A DNA stretch of 64,000 nucleotides from Octopus vulgaris (GCA_951406725.2 OX597815.1:48236001-48300000), one strand, 5' to 3'; positions 25,296 to 38,848 are shown, counted from the stretch's first letter. Notes: generated by a model not told the origin, from the letters alone. Numbers and translations: made by a program.

Positions 25296-27244
25296 ATATT
25301 TAGAATCTAATAGCAAAGAAACAACAGAAATACCTAAACAGAGATCAAAATTAGAGTAAATATTAATCTAATAAAACTTTCCAGCAGCAGATAAAATGGC
25401 AGCAATGAATATAATTTTAACTAGTCTTCAATATCCATTTTCATTTTGCTATGCTTCAGTGGCTTTGTCAGTTGGTTGGATGGCTGGTTGGTTGATCAGT
25501 TGGATGGTAGGTAGATAGGTAGGTAGGCTCCCTGTTTGGCTGGCCGGCTGGCTGGTTGGCTGCCTGGCTGTGTCCGTTAGTGCAAGAGATTTCATGGATG
25601 ACTACTCTGGCTAATGCCAATTGATTTTATGGAATGTAACAAGAAATGTTTTTATGATTGCCTCACACTAAAGATAGTAGCTATCCATAGATGCAAGGAC
25701 TCTCGTGAACCATTTTTGCTACCCTCTCAGGCTACAGAATTTATCTGCTACTAGTTCAGCTAGCTCTGATTTCGTTTTCTCTACTTTTCAGGAATTTCTC
25801 TAACATACTTTATCCCTCAAGATCTCCTCTCATGCATTCTTAATAGTTCAATTTATCAAGAAACTAATCCAGAATGCTGAGTGAAAACCAAACGGAGAGA
25901 ACATTTAAAGCAGGCAGTTTAGCCTAATTTGTAAAGACGGACAATATTATATAACATTGCTTTCCATTATTTCAATAACCATTTGTGTTGTGTTACTAAT
26001 GAGTTGCTGGTGTATATATTTTGGAGTGCTAATTACCAGCTTATTCTATTTTCTTCAGTTCACCATGTAGTGAAGCAGTTAACAAAACAGGGCAACTAGG
26101 ACCTTCTATGTGACTGGTGGATTTGCATGAAAGAGTAGTCAAATCTCCTTGTTGTTAATAAGAAGGACACATTAGGAATAGAAGTCCTATACATAGAAAT
26201 TGATGGAATGGTCAAAGCTGGAACATCTTCAATTATAGATTTGTTCAATCAAGGCTGATCTGGGATTAAACAGCAACTACAACAACAACAACAACAAATG
26301 CAATAATGACACATCAAATAAGCTAGTGCTAGATAATTTATGACTGAAAAAAGAAAATAACAGAAGCTAGTCAGTCACGAATGTAATACTTTTGCTTGCT
26401 CACAGGTCTGTGAATCAGGGATAATCTGCAGTTGAACAACAACAACAGCAACTAGAACAAATATTAGTTTCACAATCCATCAGCACAAAAGAGCACCAGA
26501 GGCTTTTGAAATATTGCTCACACAGCTCTATAAAACACTGAAATCCAACTAAACAAACTCCTCAAGCAATAAGCTCTTAATTTTAGACCGATCAAATAGT
26601 GAAGGGTAACACAGATTGCTAGTATATGCTTCTTCCTCATCATCATCATTTAACAGCTGTTTTCTATGCTGGCATCAGTTGACAACAAATTTTGGCACAA
26701 GGCCAGCAATTTTGGGGCAGCGGATAAGACAATTACAGAGTTCAACAGGCACTTATTTTATCGACCCTGAAAGGATGAAAGGCAAAGTCAACCTCAGCAA
26801 AATTTGAACTCAGAACATGAAGACATGAAAGCATTTCGTCCAGGGTGCTAACAATTCTGCCAGCTTGCCACCTTGGCTTTTGAAATATTGCTCACATAAT
26901 TCTATCAAACATTGAAATCCAACTGAGCAAACTTGTCAATCAATGAGTTCTTAGTTTTAGACTGGTCAAATACTATTGGGTAACATAGATTGTCAGTATA
27001 CATATCATCATTATCATCATTTAACATCTGCTTTCCATGCTGGCACCAGTTGAACAGTTTGACAGGAACTGGCAAGTTAGAGGACTGCACTAAATTCCAG
27101 TGTCTTCCTTTGGCAGGATTTCTATGGTTGGATGCTCTTCCTAACACAAACAACTTCACAGAGTGCACTGGATGCTTTTTGTGTGGCACCAACACTATTG
27201 AGGTCAACAAGTACACACAAGACATAACTCCCCTCAACTGAGTT

Positions 27245-27460
27245 ACTCTTTTATTCTTTTACTTGTTTCAGTCATTTGACTGTGGCCATGTTGGAGCACC
27301 ACCTTTAGTCGAGCAAATCAACCCCAGAACTTATTCTTTGTAAGCCTAGTACTTATTCTATCAGTCTCTTTTACCAAACCGCTAAGTTAAGGGGACATAA
27401 ACATACCAGAATCGGTTGTCAAGTGATGTTGGGGGGACAAACACAGACACACAAACATAT

Positions 27461-27515
<55 letters not shown>

Positions 27516-27681
27516 AATACGATGGGCTTCTTTCAGTTTCCATCCACCAAATTCACTCACAAGGCTTTGGTCGGCCCAAGGCTATAGTAGAAGACATTTG
27601 CCCAAAGTGCCACACAGTGGGACTGAACCCGGAACCATGTGGTTTGTAAGTAAGCTACTTACCACAGCCACTCCTACGCCT
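27245..27681 (-). mobile_element. SINE family A, full length
   Basis: Family A head, central microsatellite and tail blocks. Confidence 0.9.
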
Positions 27682-28305
27682 GAGTTGGGAGTAGCATTGA
27701 AGGAGGTATCTTAATATTAGGTAATGAGAGGCTAAAGTATGATAGAGGGACAGGAGATATCTCATATTTGGTTAATGACATACAATGAACGTGAAGTTAT
27801 GTTCACTGTAATATTCTGGCTGTTATGGATGAATATCGAAAGTTGATTACTGTCAGCTATATCTGAATAGTATAATTGTTGTTGTTTAGCAATGATCAAA
27901 TATCTATGATTAAAAGTAACCATCCCATAATTTTCAATATTTTTTTTTACATATGATACTACATCAGCTAATATGTTTCTCTTTTTTAAAATGGTGCAGT
28001 GCAATTTTGAGGGAGAAATTTTTCTTATTTCTGGGAGGATAAGTGCAGTCACGAGCAACCTTTTTTCAAGAAGCTGGCCCCATGTGACAGGCAGGATGCA
28101 TTCCTAAAAAATAATTCTTCAAGGTAAAACTTTTAGTTAGACATGCCATTCAGAAAATGCAGCAGGTTGCAGTTTACCTGTGACTGGAATTAAATCACTG
28201 ATATTGAAATAATGGTTAAGGCTTAATATTGTGAAATAATCCCTTAACTGATATCCTTTAAATAGTTGTGACAACCAAAAGAGAAACAGAAAAGAAAAAT
28301 ATTCA

Positions 28306-28680
28306 GGCGCAGGAGTGGCTGTGTGGTAAGTAGCTTGCTTACCAACCACATGGTTCCGGGTTCAGTCCCACTGTGTGGCACCTTGGGCAAGTGCTTTCTA
28401 CTATAACCATGGGCCGACCAAAGCCTTGTGAGTGGATTTGGTAGATGGAAACTGAAAGAAGCCCGTTGTATATATATATATGTAGATATATGTGTGTTTG
28501 TGCGTCTGTGTTTGTCCTCCTAACATCATTTGACAACCAATGCTGGTGTGTTTACGTCCCTGTAACTTAGTGATTTGGCAAAAGAGACCAATAGAATAAG
28601 TACTAGGCTTACAAAGAATAAGTCTTGGGGTCGATTTGCTCGGCTAAAGGCAGTGCTCAAATGTCTGAAACAAGTAAATA
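28306..28680 (+). mobile_element. SINE family A
   Basis: Head aggcgcaggagtggctgtgtggtaag. Confidence 0.9.
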
Positions 28681-29339
28681 AAAATCCAAACACTGGTGGT
28701 GCCCCAGCATGGCCACAGCTCAAGAGCTGAAACTGGAAAACATAAACATAAATAAATTGGAACCTTTGAAGGAAAGTAACTAAAAACTGGTTTAAACTAG
28801 GCACTAAGTCTTGTTCCCAAAACAGGAATCTATATAGTTGCAAACATGTGGTTAAGAAGTCTAATTTGCAATCACTGGGTTCTTGATCCATTTGCCTGAC
28901 ACAGGGCAAATGTATTCTGGTGTAGTTTAAAAGCCATTTGTGTTTTAAGTGCTTTTTTAGCAAAGTTCACTTTTTTGCAATAATTCAGAACAAGCTAGCA
29001 CAGCTTCATCAGATATCATGAACTAAACATCCATTCTATAGATTACCAGGACCATAGAAACTAAGCAATTTCATATGTTTTGAATGGAACTCTCTTCTCA
29101 CTTAGTCACATCAAGCAAGTTTTCAGCTGGAAAAATAATTTGCAGTATCACATTTTCTACAATTTCCTGTAAAAAATGTTAATTTTCCTGTTCATTTTTT
29201 ATCAAGTGTGTGATACTCAACTACTGCATGCTTTACCACAGCATGGCATACAAAGAAGAACTTTAATTCAAAAACATTTCTTATTGGCAGCATCCAGTCA
29301 TAAGATTTTGCCTCAAATAAATACCCCACTAACCTATAC

Positions 29340-29547
29340 TCTTTACTTGTTTTCAGTCATTTGACTGCGGCCATGCTGGAGCACCGCCTTTAGTCGAGCA
29401 AATCGACCCCGGGACTTATTCTTGGTAAGCCCAGTACTTATTCTATCGGTCTCTTTTGCCGAACCACTAAGTGACGGGGACGTAAACACACCAGCATCGG
29501 TTGTCAAGCAATGCTAGGGGGACAAACACAGACACACAAACACACAC

Positions 29548-29599
<52 letters not shown>

Positions 29600-29760
29600 G
29601 ACAGGCTACTTTCAGTTTCCGTCTACCAAATCCACTCACAAGGCATTGGTCGGCCCGGGGCTATAGCAGAAGACACTTGCCCAAGATGCCACGCAGTGGG
29701 ACTGAACCCAAAACCATGTGGTTGGTTAGCAAGCTACTTACCACACAGCCACTCCTATGC
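29340..29760 (-). mobile_element. SINE family A, young CpG-rich copy
   Basis: Nearly identical to the 41792-42206 copy; CpGs retained. Confidence 0.92.
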
Positions 29761-29943
29761 TAACAAAGAAAAAAAAAAGAACATTAAATAAACAGAGATA
29801 GACAGACAGATGGATAGACAGACAGACAGACAGATTGATGGTCAGACAGATGGATGGATGGATTTGATAGAGTAATCTGAATGGTAAAAGGTCAAGTTTA
29901 TTTTTATCTTCAAAACAATAAAGTTATTAATTAATGAACAAAC

Positions 29944-30172
29944 CTTTAATAAAGTTAAATTTTGAATATCAAATAACTTTTGGTCGAGTAATTCCACTTT
30001 CTTCTGCAATTGTTCAATGAGAACTGTACCATTTTTATTGGGGTCTGTTAGAGCTGAGAATTTACTGCCTGAAGAGCTTGAGGTAGAAAAATTCGAATTT
30101 TGATTTTCAAAATCATCATCACTTTTCATTGTTGGAACAGTTGTTGGAAGATATTGTGAGTTCTCCATTCTA
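29944..30172 (-). CDS. CNTLN: Internal coding exon of a centlein-like coiled-coil centrosomal protein
   Basis: Acceptor tcttgtctttcag|TAG (NAGNAG; alternative start 30169) and donor AAG|gtttgt at 29944/29943. Open frame RMENSQYLPTTVPTMKSDDDFENQNSNFSTSSSSGSKFSALTDPNKNGTVLIEQLQKKVELLDQKLFDIQNLTLLK ends in phase 0 and joins the 11469 exon in frame. Confidence 0.8.
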
Positions 30173-30925
30173 CTGAAAGACAAGATCATAAGCAGAATTA
30201 CAAAGACACAAAAAAACGAAAGGTGAAGAAGAATGAAAACAAACAAAAAAAGGAAAAAAACCATCTGACTATGGAAAAATATTACACTGGAAACAAGCAA
30301 AGGTTGGTGACAGGAAGGGCATCTTATCATAAACAAAAATCTGCTTCAACGAATGATGAATGATCATTATGACTCAAGCCCCCAATTTGAATTCATGATA
30401 ATGGAATTAGATAGCAAAAGGGAGTCATGGAAATCTGCATGAGCAACAAAACAAAACAAAAAAAAATATAAAATTGTGGGGAAACTTTGATTCTTGGGAT
30501 TTCCACTTCTTATTTGTCGTTTGGTAATTATGATGAATTCTCTAGATGTGGAGATAATTTCAGTAAATCAAGAATGTATACTGTGCCGGCATGGCTGTGT
30601 GGTAAGAAGCTTGCTTCCCAACCATATGGTTTGGAAGTCAGTCCCACTATGTGGCACCCTGGGCTGACCAAAGCCTTGTTATTGGATTTGGTAGAGGGAA
30701 ATGGAAAGAAGCTCTGTGTGTGTGTGTGTGTATATATGTGAGTGTGTGTGTGAGTGTGTGAATTTTGAACAATGAGAATGAGTGCTCAATACTGCTTTGG
30801 TGGATAAAATTTCTGTAATTGTGTATTGAGGCTACCATTGGTTTCATGTTAAGAAAAACATCTTGATATCTTAACAATTTTTCAAGCCAATCACATGGAG
30901 GAATAGTGTTCATCTCCATTTTGAA

Positions 30926-31152
30926 TTCTTTTATTCTTTTACTTGTTTCAGTCATTTGACTGCAGCCATGCTGGAGCACTACTTTTAGTCACACAAACTG
31001 ACCTCACCCCAGGACTTATTCTTTGTAAACCTAGTACTTATTCTATTGGTCTCTTTTGCTAAACCACTAAGCTATGGGGACATAAACACAGCATTGGTTG
31101 TCAAGCAATGTTGGGGGGACAAACACAGACACACAAACATATACACATACAT

Positions 31153-31203
<51 letters not shown>

Positions 31204-31339
31204 ATGGGCTTCTTTCAGTTTCCGTCTACCAAATCCACTCACAAGGCTTTGGTTGGCCTGAGGCTACACTTGCCCAAGGTGCCATGCAGTGGGACTGAAC
31301 CTGGCAAGCTACTTACCACACAGCCACTCCTGCAACTAT
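30926..31339 (-). mobile_element. SINE family A directly downstream of the U6 copy
   Basis: Head atagttgcaggagtggctgtgtggtaag begins about 2 nt after the U6 T5 tract; small internal deletions; tail ends at 30926. Confidence 0.9.
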
Positions 31340-31341
31340 GG

Positions 31342-31449
31342 AAAAATAAGGACCACTTCACAAATTTGCATGTCATCCTTGCACAGGGGCCATGCTAATT
31401 GTCTCTGCATCGTTCCAATATTAGAATATGTACTGCTGGAGTCAAACAC
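31342..31449 (-). pseudogene. U6: U6 snRNA pseudogene/retrocopy
   Basis: Minus strand reads gcagtacatattctaatattggaacgatgcagagacaattagcatggcccctgtgcaaggatgacatgcaaatttgtgaagtggtccttattttt, colinear with U6. The ACAGAGA box is mutated to GCAGAGA, several CpGs have decayed to TpG, and no upstream TATA box is evident. The first ~12 nt are ambiguous because they overlap the inverted-repeat arm. Confidence 0.93.
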
Positions 31450-31536
31450 TATTCCTCCATGTGATTGGTTTGAAAAATTGCTCAGATATTAAGATGTTTA
31501 TCTTAACATAAAACCAATGGTAGCTTTAATACACAA

Positions 31537-31594
<58 letters not shown>

Positions 31595-32636
31595 ATGTAC
31601 TGTTCGATGATAGAAAGATCAATAAAATGACTGAAAGTATTAGTAGCACTTAAAAACATGCATTGTGTCCTTTAAATAAATAATATGTATCATCATCATC
31701 ATCATTTAACGTCCACTTTCCATGCTAACATGTGTTGGATGATTTGACTGAGGTCTGGTGAACCAGACTCCAGTCTGATCTGGCAGAGTATATACAGCTG
31801 GATGCCCTTCCTAACGCCAACTACTCCGAGAGTGTAGTGGGTGCTTTTATGTGCCACTGGCACGAGGGCCAGTTTGGTGGTACTGGCAACGACTACGCCC
31901 AAATGGTGCTTTTTATGTGCCACCTGCACAGGAGCCAGTCCAGCAGCACTGGCGACGACCTCGCTTGAATATTTCACATGCCACCAGCACAAGTGCTAGT
32001 AAGGCGACACGGTGACGATCATGCTTGAATGGTGTGCTTAATGTGCCATCGGCACGAAGGCCAGCTTGTTGTTCTGGCAACAATCTCACTCATATGTATA
32101 TATACATATATATAGAATATAAAGAAATTCAAAAGGCATGAGATGAATATATCTAGTTCAATAGCTGATTGAATTTACTGAATTTCAGCTGCATAGGACT
32201 CTACATTACACTCCTACATATTAGTTTACTATGTGGTTTGTAGCCTGGTCCACCATAGGAGCTCTTTTATGGTCACCACAGGATTATATAAATCCATATA
32301 TTGTGCCTGTAAGTTAGCAGTTCAGCAAAAGAAACTGATTGAAAGAGTACTAGGCTTTAAAAAGTAAGTAATGGAGTCAATAAGAATACTTCAAGGCAGT
32401 GCCCCAGCATGATAGCAGTCTAATGAGTGAAACAAGTAAAAGAATAACAGATGAAAGATACTTGACATACCTGTATTTGTCTAGGTATGTAAGTAGATAG
32501 GTACATAGGTATGAAAAAGAGGAGACAGGTGTAAACAATGAGAAATTTCTGTTTAAATGAGGAATAAGAAAAGACAAGAAAGATAGAAAGAAATTGATGT
32601 AGGAAAAAAAGGGAGAAACAAACAGAAATGTTAATA

Positions 32637-33098
32637 GGCACAGGTGTGGCTGTGTGGTGAGAAGCTTGCTTTTCAACTACATAATTCTGGGTTCAGTCCC
32701 ACAGCATGGCACCTTGCGAAAGTGTTTTCTGCTATAGCCTCAGATTGACCAAAGCTTTGTGAGTGAATTTGGTAGATGGAAATTGAAAAGAGTCGGTCTT
32801 ATGTATATATATATATATATAAAGAAGTCCATATGTATGTATATATAAATATATATATATATATGTGTGCATGTGTATCTGTGTGTGTCTGTGTTTGTCC
32901 CATCCCCATCACCGCTTAACAACCAGTCTCGGGGTGTGTTTATGTACCAGTAATTCATCGGTTCAGCAAGAGAGACTGATAGAATAAGTAGTAGGCTTAA
33001 AAGTAAGTCCTGAGGTTGAACTGTTCGACAAAAATACTTCAAGGTGTTTCTCCAGCATGGCCGCAGTCAAATGATTGAAACAAGTAAAAGAATAAAAG
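32637..33098 (+). mobile_element. SINE family A variant
   Basis: Head, microsatellite and tail. Confidence 0.85.
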
Positions 33099-35122
33099 TA
33101 AGTGGAGTATAAGTTGGTAGGAAAAAATGGAGTGAAGTGAAAAGACTGAGAGAATGGTTAAAAAAACTGAATGGATGTAGAAGTGTGAGAGAGAGAGTGT
33201 GGATGAAAGTGAGTTAGAGTAATAGAAGAGGAGAGAGCATCTATAGTAAAGGGGTAAGGGAAGAAAAGGGAAAGAGAGGTTGCAAAAATTTTTGGAGGAG
33301 AGTAAGAGGGAGGATGAAAGTAAGAAATAGTGATGGGAAATGATATAATGAGTGACTAAATGGAGAGAGAGAGATATGATAACTGAGGGAGGGTAAAAGA
33401 AAGGGTCAGAAAAGAAGGAGAAATGGAGAGAAAGAGAGAGAGAGAGAGGGGGGTATAAAACTTATGGAGGGTACAGGAAATATAAACAAATAAGGCTGAT
33501 GAGAACAGAAGCTATGGAAATGAAGTGAAAGGAAAGAAGACAAAGACAGAATATAAAAAAAAAAAGGAAAATGAAACCTAGTGTAAGAGAGAGAGGGAGA
33601 GAGAGAAAGAGAGGAGAAAGAAAGAGAACTAGGGATAAAGAGAGGGAGAAAGAGAGAGAGAATGAGAGGATAATAGTTTGTTTAGAGAGAAAGGTGTTTG
33701 AGAGAAAAATTAAGTTTTAAAGAGGAATGGAGAGCTGGAGAAGCACATAAGATAGAAGGGAAGACACATAAAAAAAACTGAAGAACTAGTGAGAGAGCGG
33801 GAGAGGGGAGAAAGGGAGAGAGGGGGAAGGAGAGAGAGGGAGAGAGAAAAAAAGGAAGTGGATAAGAAACCAAAGAAGAAAGATAGCAAAAAAAGTACGA
33901 ATAGCTGATGAATTAAACACAAGTTAAGGCATGATCTCCTGAATGATGTATGCAAAATATTCTCAATCAAAACTCCTACAGAGAAAGAAAACAAAATCTA
34001 GAGGCAATTGTTATTGAAGTAATCTAAAAGAAATTTAGATTTAATTTCACATAAATGATTTACAAACATAGAGGAAAATCAGATCATTTTTAGGTCTTAA
34101 GACGACAGCTGATAGGCTTGTTTCAGTTGTATTGGAGCTCATCACTGAAAAAGGGAGATAATTTTAAGAGTTTTACAATACTTCACTTACAATGTGCAAT
34201 AAAACTATATATCTCTAACTATCTCTTTACCTACACTAGCTGTGTGGTTAAGAAGCTTGCTTCATAACCACACAGCTAAAGTGATCTTTGGTTCAGTTCC
34301 ACCTCGGGTAAGTGTCTTCTACTATAATCTGGGTCTGACTAAAGCCTTGTAAGTGGAATTAGTAGACAAGAACTGAAAGAAGCCTGTAGTATATCAATAA
34401 ATGTGTATGTGTGTATATATATATTTACCTATCAATGCATTTATAATATTCCTGTCATTATTAAATACACACATCACTGCACTGTCACCTCATATCTTAT
34501 TTAAGGTGAATAGTACAATCAGTCCTTGGACAATGATGGGAATATCATAAGAGGGACCTATCTCTCTTGTAAGTTTGTAGCATCTGCCTTTCCAATCTCT
34601 GCTGCTGAAGAGAAGATAACTACTCAGACATGCATGCATCCAACAGTCTGGTTATTGGATGCTATGGAGTAATTCAGTGTATTAACACTTATTTGTATAC
34701 TGCAAGAAATTTTCTCCATGACAAAATACAAAGAATGGCTTTCTTATGGGTTAAAAAATGTCTCAAGCATATTTGAATTGATAACAAATTTGTATATATA
34801 CACATCAATGGTTAGTTCTGTCACACCATATATGAGTGTGTCTGTGTGTGGCTAAGTTTGTCCCTCTCATCGCCACCACCACTACTACTTGACAACTGGA
34901 GTTGAGTTGTTTGATTAAAACCTCTGAGGTGGTGCCCCAGCAAATCTCAGAAGCAACTAAAAGAATTTAAACAGGAAAATAATTTTGTAAAATTAATTCT
35001 TAATTTCCTGAAAATATCTTCCAATTCTTGAAAGATGCCAATTATTACCAACCAGACCTTTATTTCTTATCTCCAACTAAGAAAGGAAATTTTTAATTGA
35101 GAATATTTTGTGTCATTTAGGG

Positions 35123-35755
35123 CAGTGCTTTTCAAACTATCTGATGTGATGTACCAGCAGTTTCTTTTTTCCAATATGCCAAGGACCAGAAATATTTCTT
35201 AGTAATATTAATTTAAACCAGAAGACATGTTGGGGCAAGCGAAATCGAAATCGAATTGAACCAGCCAGGACCCCTGGACTGGTGGTACGTAAAAAGCACT
35301 ATCCGACTCGTGGCTGATGCCAGCGCCGCCTCGACTGGCTTCCGTGCCGGTGGCACGTAAAATGCACCAATCCGACCGTGGCCGTTGCCAGCCTCGCCTG
35401 GCACTTGTGCAGGTGGCACGTAAAAAGCACCCACTACACTCACGGAGTGGTTGGCGTTAGGAAGAACATCCAGCTGTAGAAACATTGCCAGATAAGACTG
35501 GAGCCTGGTGCAGCCTTCTGGCTTCCCAGATCCCCGGTCAAACCGTCCAACCCATGCTAGCATGGAGAATGGATGTTAAACGATGATGATGATGATGATG
35601 ATAGTAAAAGTTCAGAATTTTTTTTTATCTTATATTTATTTTGTAAACAAATAATACAATATTACATCAGCATTTAATAACATTTCTTTCTTTTCTGGAA
35701 ACTCGCTGTGTACCGGCAACTTATGGCTCACAGACCACCACGTTGAGTAGTGCTG
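35123..35755. mobile_element. hAT MITE carrying a nested RTE-tail SINE-like element (35217-35601)
   Basis: TIRs cagtgcttttcaa / ttgagtagtgctg; perfect 8-bp TSD atttaggg at 35115-35122 and 35756-35763. Confidence 0.85.
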
Positions 35756-36757
35756 ATTTAGGGCATCACCTCTTAGATCATTTAACTAAATTCAAGCTAT
35801 TAGTCATTTGAGTTATTTCATTTAAATCCTTTACTTTTTTTGTTAATTACACAAATTACTACTACTATCTTTGTAACTCAATTTTTCTATGTAAAATAAT
35901 TGTCAGCTGATCAAGTGGACTAGATCAAGCTACACCTTGCTGACAAGGTCCAACAACACTGAAACATGTCTAGAGATATTACACTGGTGGCCAATGATGG
36001 TGTGATTTTTGTCTAAGTATGTAAAACAATCTTTTGAAATTAATTCTTCATTTTTCTTAATTAATTTAAGATTTTTGTTAAATAGAAAGTCTTAGTTAAT
36101 TAGGGAAATCTCAGGGAGAGGACTGGAATGCTAAAGAAAGAAGAAATGCATGAAAAGATGACCAATACTGAAAATAAAAGGGCAGAGCAAAGTAAGGAAG
36201 GCCAGAAGGAAGGAAAGAAAGAAATGAAAGAAAGACACAAAGAGACAGATGGCTGTGCAGACAGGCAGACAAAAAGCAGACAGGTAGATAGATAAGTAGT
36301 AAAATAGACAGGCAGACAGACAGATAGATAGATGGATAGATAGATTGATAGTCAGACAGATAGGCAGATAGACAATTGGAGACTAGATAGCTGACAAATA
36401 CATAGATGGACATATAGACAGTCAGATAGATACATAGATTGATAGATAGAGATAGATAGAGAGAGAGAGGGAGAGACAAATGGATAGATGGATAAACAGA
36501 CAGAAAGATGAGGAGAAAGAGATGATGAGAAACAAAAGCGGAAAGAAGAAAAAGTGTATAAGACAATAAAGCAAAATGAGAAAAAAGCCATGAGATGAAA
36601 AGCAAGATTGGGGACGTGGTGAAAGAACGCAAAATAAGCTGAAAGAAATGTTGCACGGGAGAACTACAAGCAAGAAATCAGAGAATAATGGGCCAAATAA
36701 TGCAAGCGAGAGAGTAAAATGACAACACAGTGATGTATGTATGTATGTACGTGTGTG

Positions 36758-36798
<41 letters not shown>

Positions 36799-37204
36799 GT
36801 GTGTATATATATATATGTACGTACATATGTATGTATGTATGTATGTATATATATATAATGTAAAGAATGACACAGCATAAGAATTTTAAAAATAATAATA
36901 CAAAACAATGAGAGAAAAACAAAAATATGTGACATTAGATGGAAGGAAGGGATTTTGGTGTTGAAAGAGAAGACAGAGTTTGAGGAAAACAGAGATGATG
37001 ATGGTGATGAGGGTGGTGGTGGTGGTGGTAGGTTATTGGTGAAGATAATTATGATGATGCTAATGATGATAGTGATTATGATGATGATGAGAATCCTGGT
37101 GGTGAAGGTGGGTTTTTAATGATGGAGAAATTGCTAATGTTGATGGTAGTAGTAGTAGTGCAGTGGTGGTAGTGGTGATAATAGTTGTAACAATGATGAT
37201 GATC

Positions 37205-37252
<48 letters not shown>

Positions 37253-37542
37253 TTGATGAATTCTGTGAACAAGTAGAAGCCACGTCAATAGCAATGAAGG
37301 TGAAAACAAAAAAGAGAACCTAAAGAGAAGAAAGAAAGAAAGAAAGAAAGAAAGAACAGAAGGTGTGTATGAGTGTAAATAGACAAGGTAAAATACGAAA
37401 CAAATGAAATAAATAGCAATAAGTTTGCCGCCATGTGAGTCACACTGGAATCAAACAGGGTAGAAACATATTCCATAGCATGTTAGCAAGGCTTAGGAAG
37501 TAGGTGAATGCTTTCAAGGAAGAATGCACTGACTTTTAGTGG

Positions 37543-37678
<136 letters not shown>

Positions 37679-38480
37679 AGGAAGCTGGGAAGGACGGAGA
37701 CAGCGGTGGAAGAGGAAAGAGATTTTTCCACTCTGCTGAAACCAATGAGCTATCAACCATCCAGAGCATTAGGACATCCTTCCATTTGAGCTGATCACAC
37801 ACAGACACATGTGCGTACAACACATGTATAGACGATCATGCATGTGCAGGCACATGCATATATGTTCACGCAGAACATTCCTTGAGGGGCATTTCACAAG
37901 CAAAGATGTCAACAGAGTGGAATGACGTTTTCTGTTTCAAGTTTGAAAAAGGAGAAGGAAAAATAAAAAAGACACACAGCCAGCAGAGAAGCATAAGTGA
38001 GAAAGTAAATATTGGGTGGGTAGTTAGCTAATTTTGTCAGTGAAGGACAGCAAGTAATAAATGCAATCTTTTTATAGTTAAGTGCAGGTTTGGGGGTTGA
38101 AAGTTGGTGAATATATGCTTGTGTAGCAGTTAAATAATTGGTGAAACACAAGTTCCATTTTCACATAAGATGCAGTTATTTAAAATTGAATAAGAGAGTG
38201 AGAGAGAGGAAGTGGAAAAGAGGGGGAGAGAGAAGTGGTGAGGAAGGAGAGAGAGAGAGAGAGATGACAAATGGACAGAAATCAAATAATGACTTGCAGA
38301 CTTAATGCATGGAATAAACCTAACAAAATAATAATTTTAACTTATTTATTTTTAAACAGCACAAGACTTATAGATAATTACACACATACACACATATATA
38401 TACATACATGCATACATATATATGTATACACACACACACATATATATATATATACAAACATACATATATATATATGTATG

Positions 38481-38512
<32 letters not shown>

Positions 38513-38562
38513 CAAACATACATATATATATATGTATGCACACACACACACATATATATACA

Positions 38563-38612
<50 letters not shown>

Positions 38613-38708
38613 CATATACACACATATATACAGATATAAATATGTACATACATATATACATATACATGCATATATATATAGATATAAATATGTACATACA
38701 TATATATA

Positions 38709-38752
<44 letters not shown>

Positions 38753-38757
38753 TATAC

Positions 38758-38788
<31 letters not shown>

Positions 38789-38807
38789 CATATATACATA
38801 AATGTAC

Positions 38808-38848
<41 letters not shown>

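Larger units (their letters stand above)
30819..31536. repeat. ~92-bp inverted repeat pair (30819-30910 / 31445-31536) enclosing a SINE and the U6 copy
   Basis: ttgtgtattgaggctaccattggtttcatgttaag...ccaatcacatggaggaatagtgtt is the reverse complement of aacactattcctccatgtgattgg...ccaatggtagctttaatacacaa, with scattered substitutions. Confidence 0.9.

Noticed and set aside
31342-31449. Functional U6 gene
   Set aside because: ACAGAGA box mutated, CpG decay, and no TATA at the expected upstream position.
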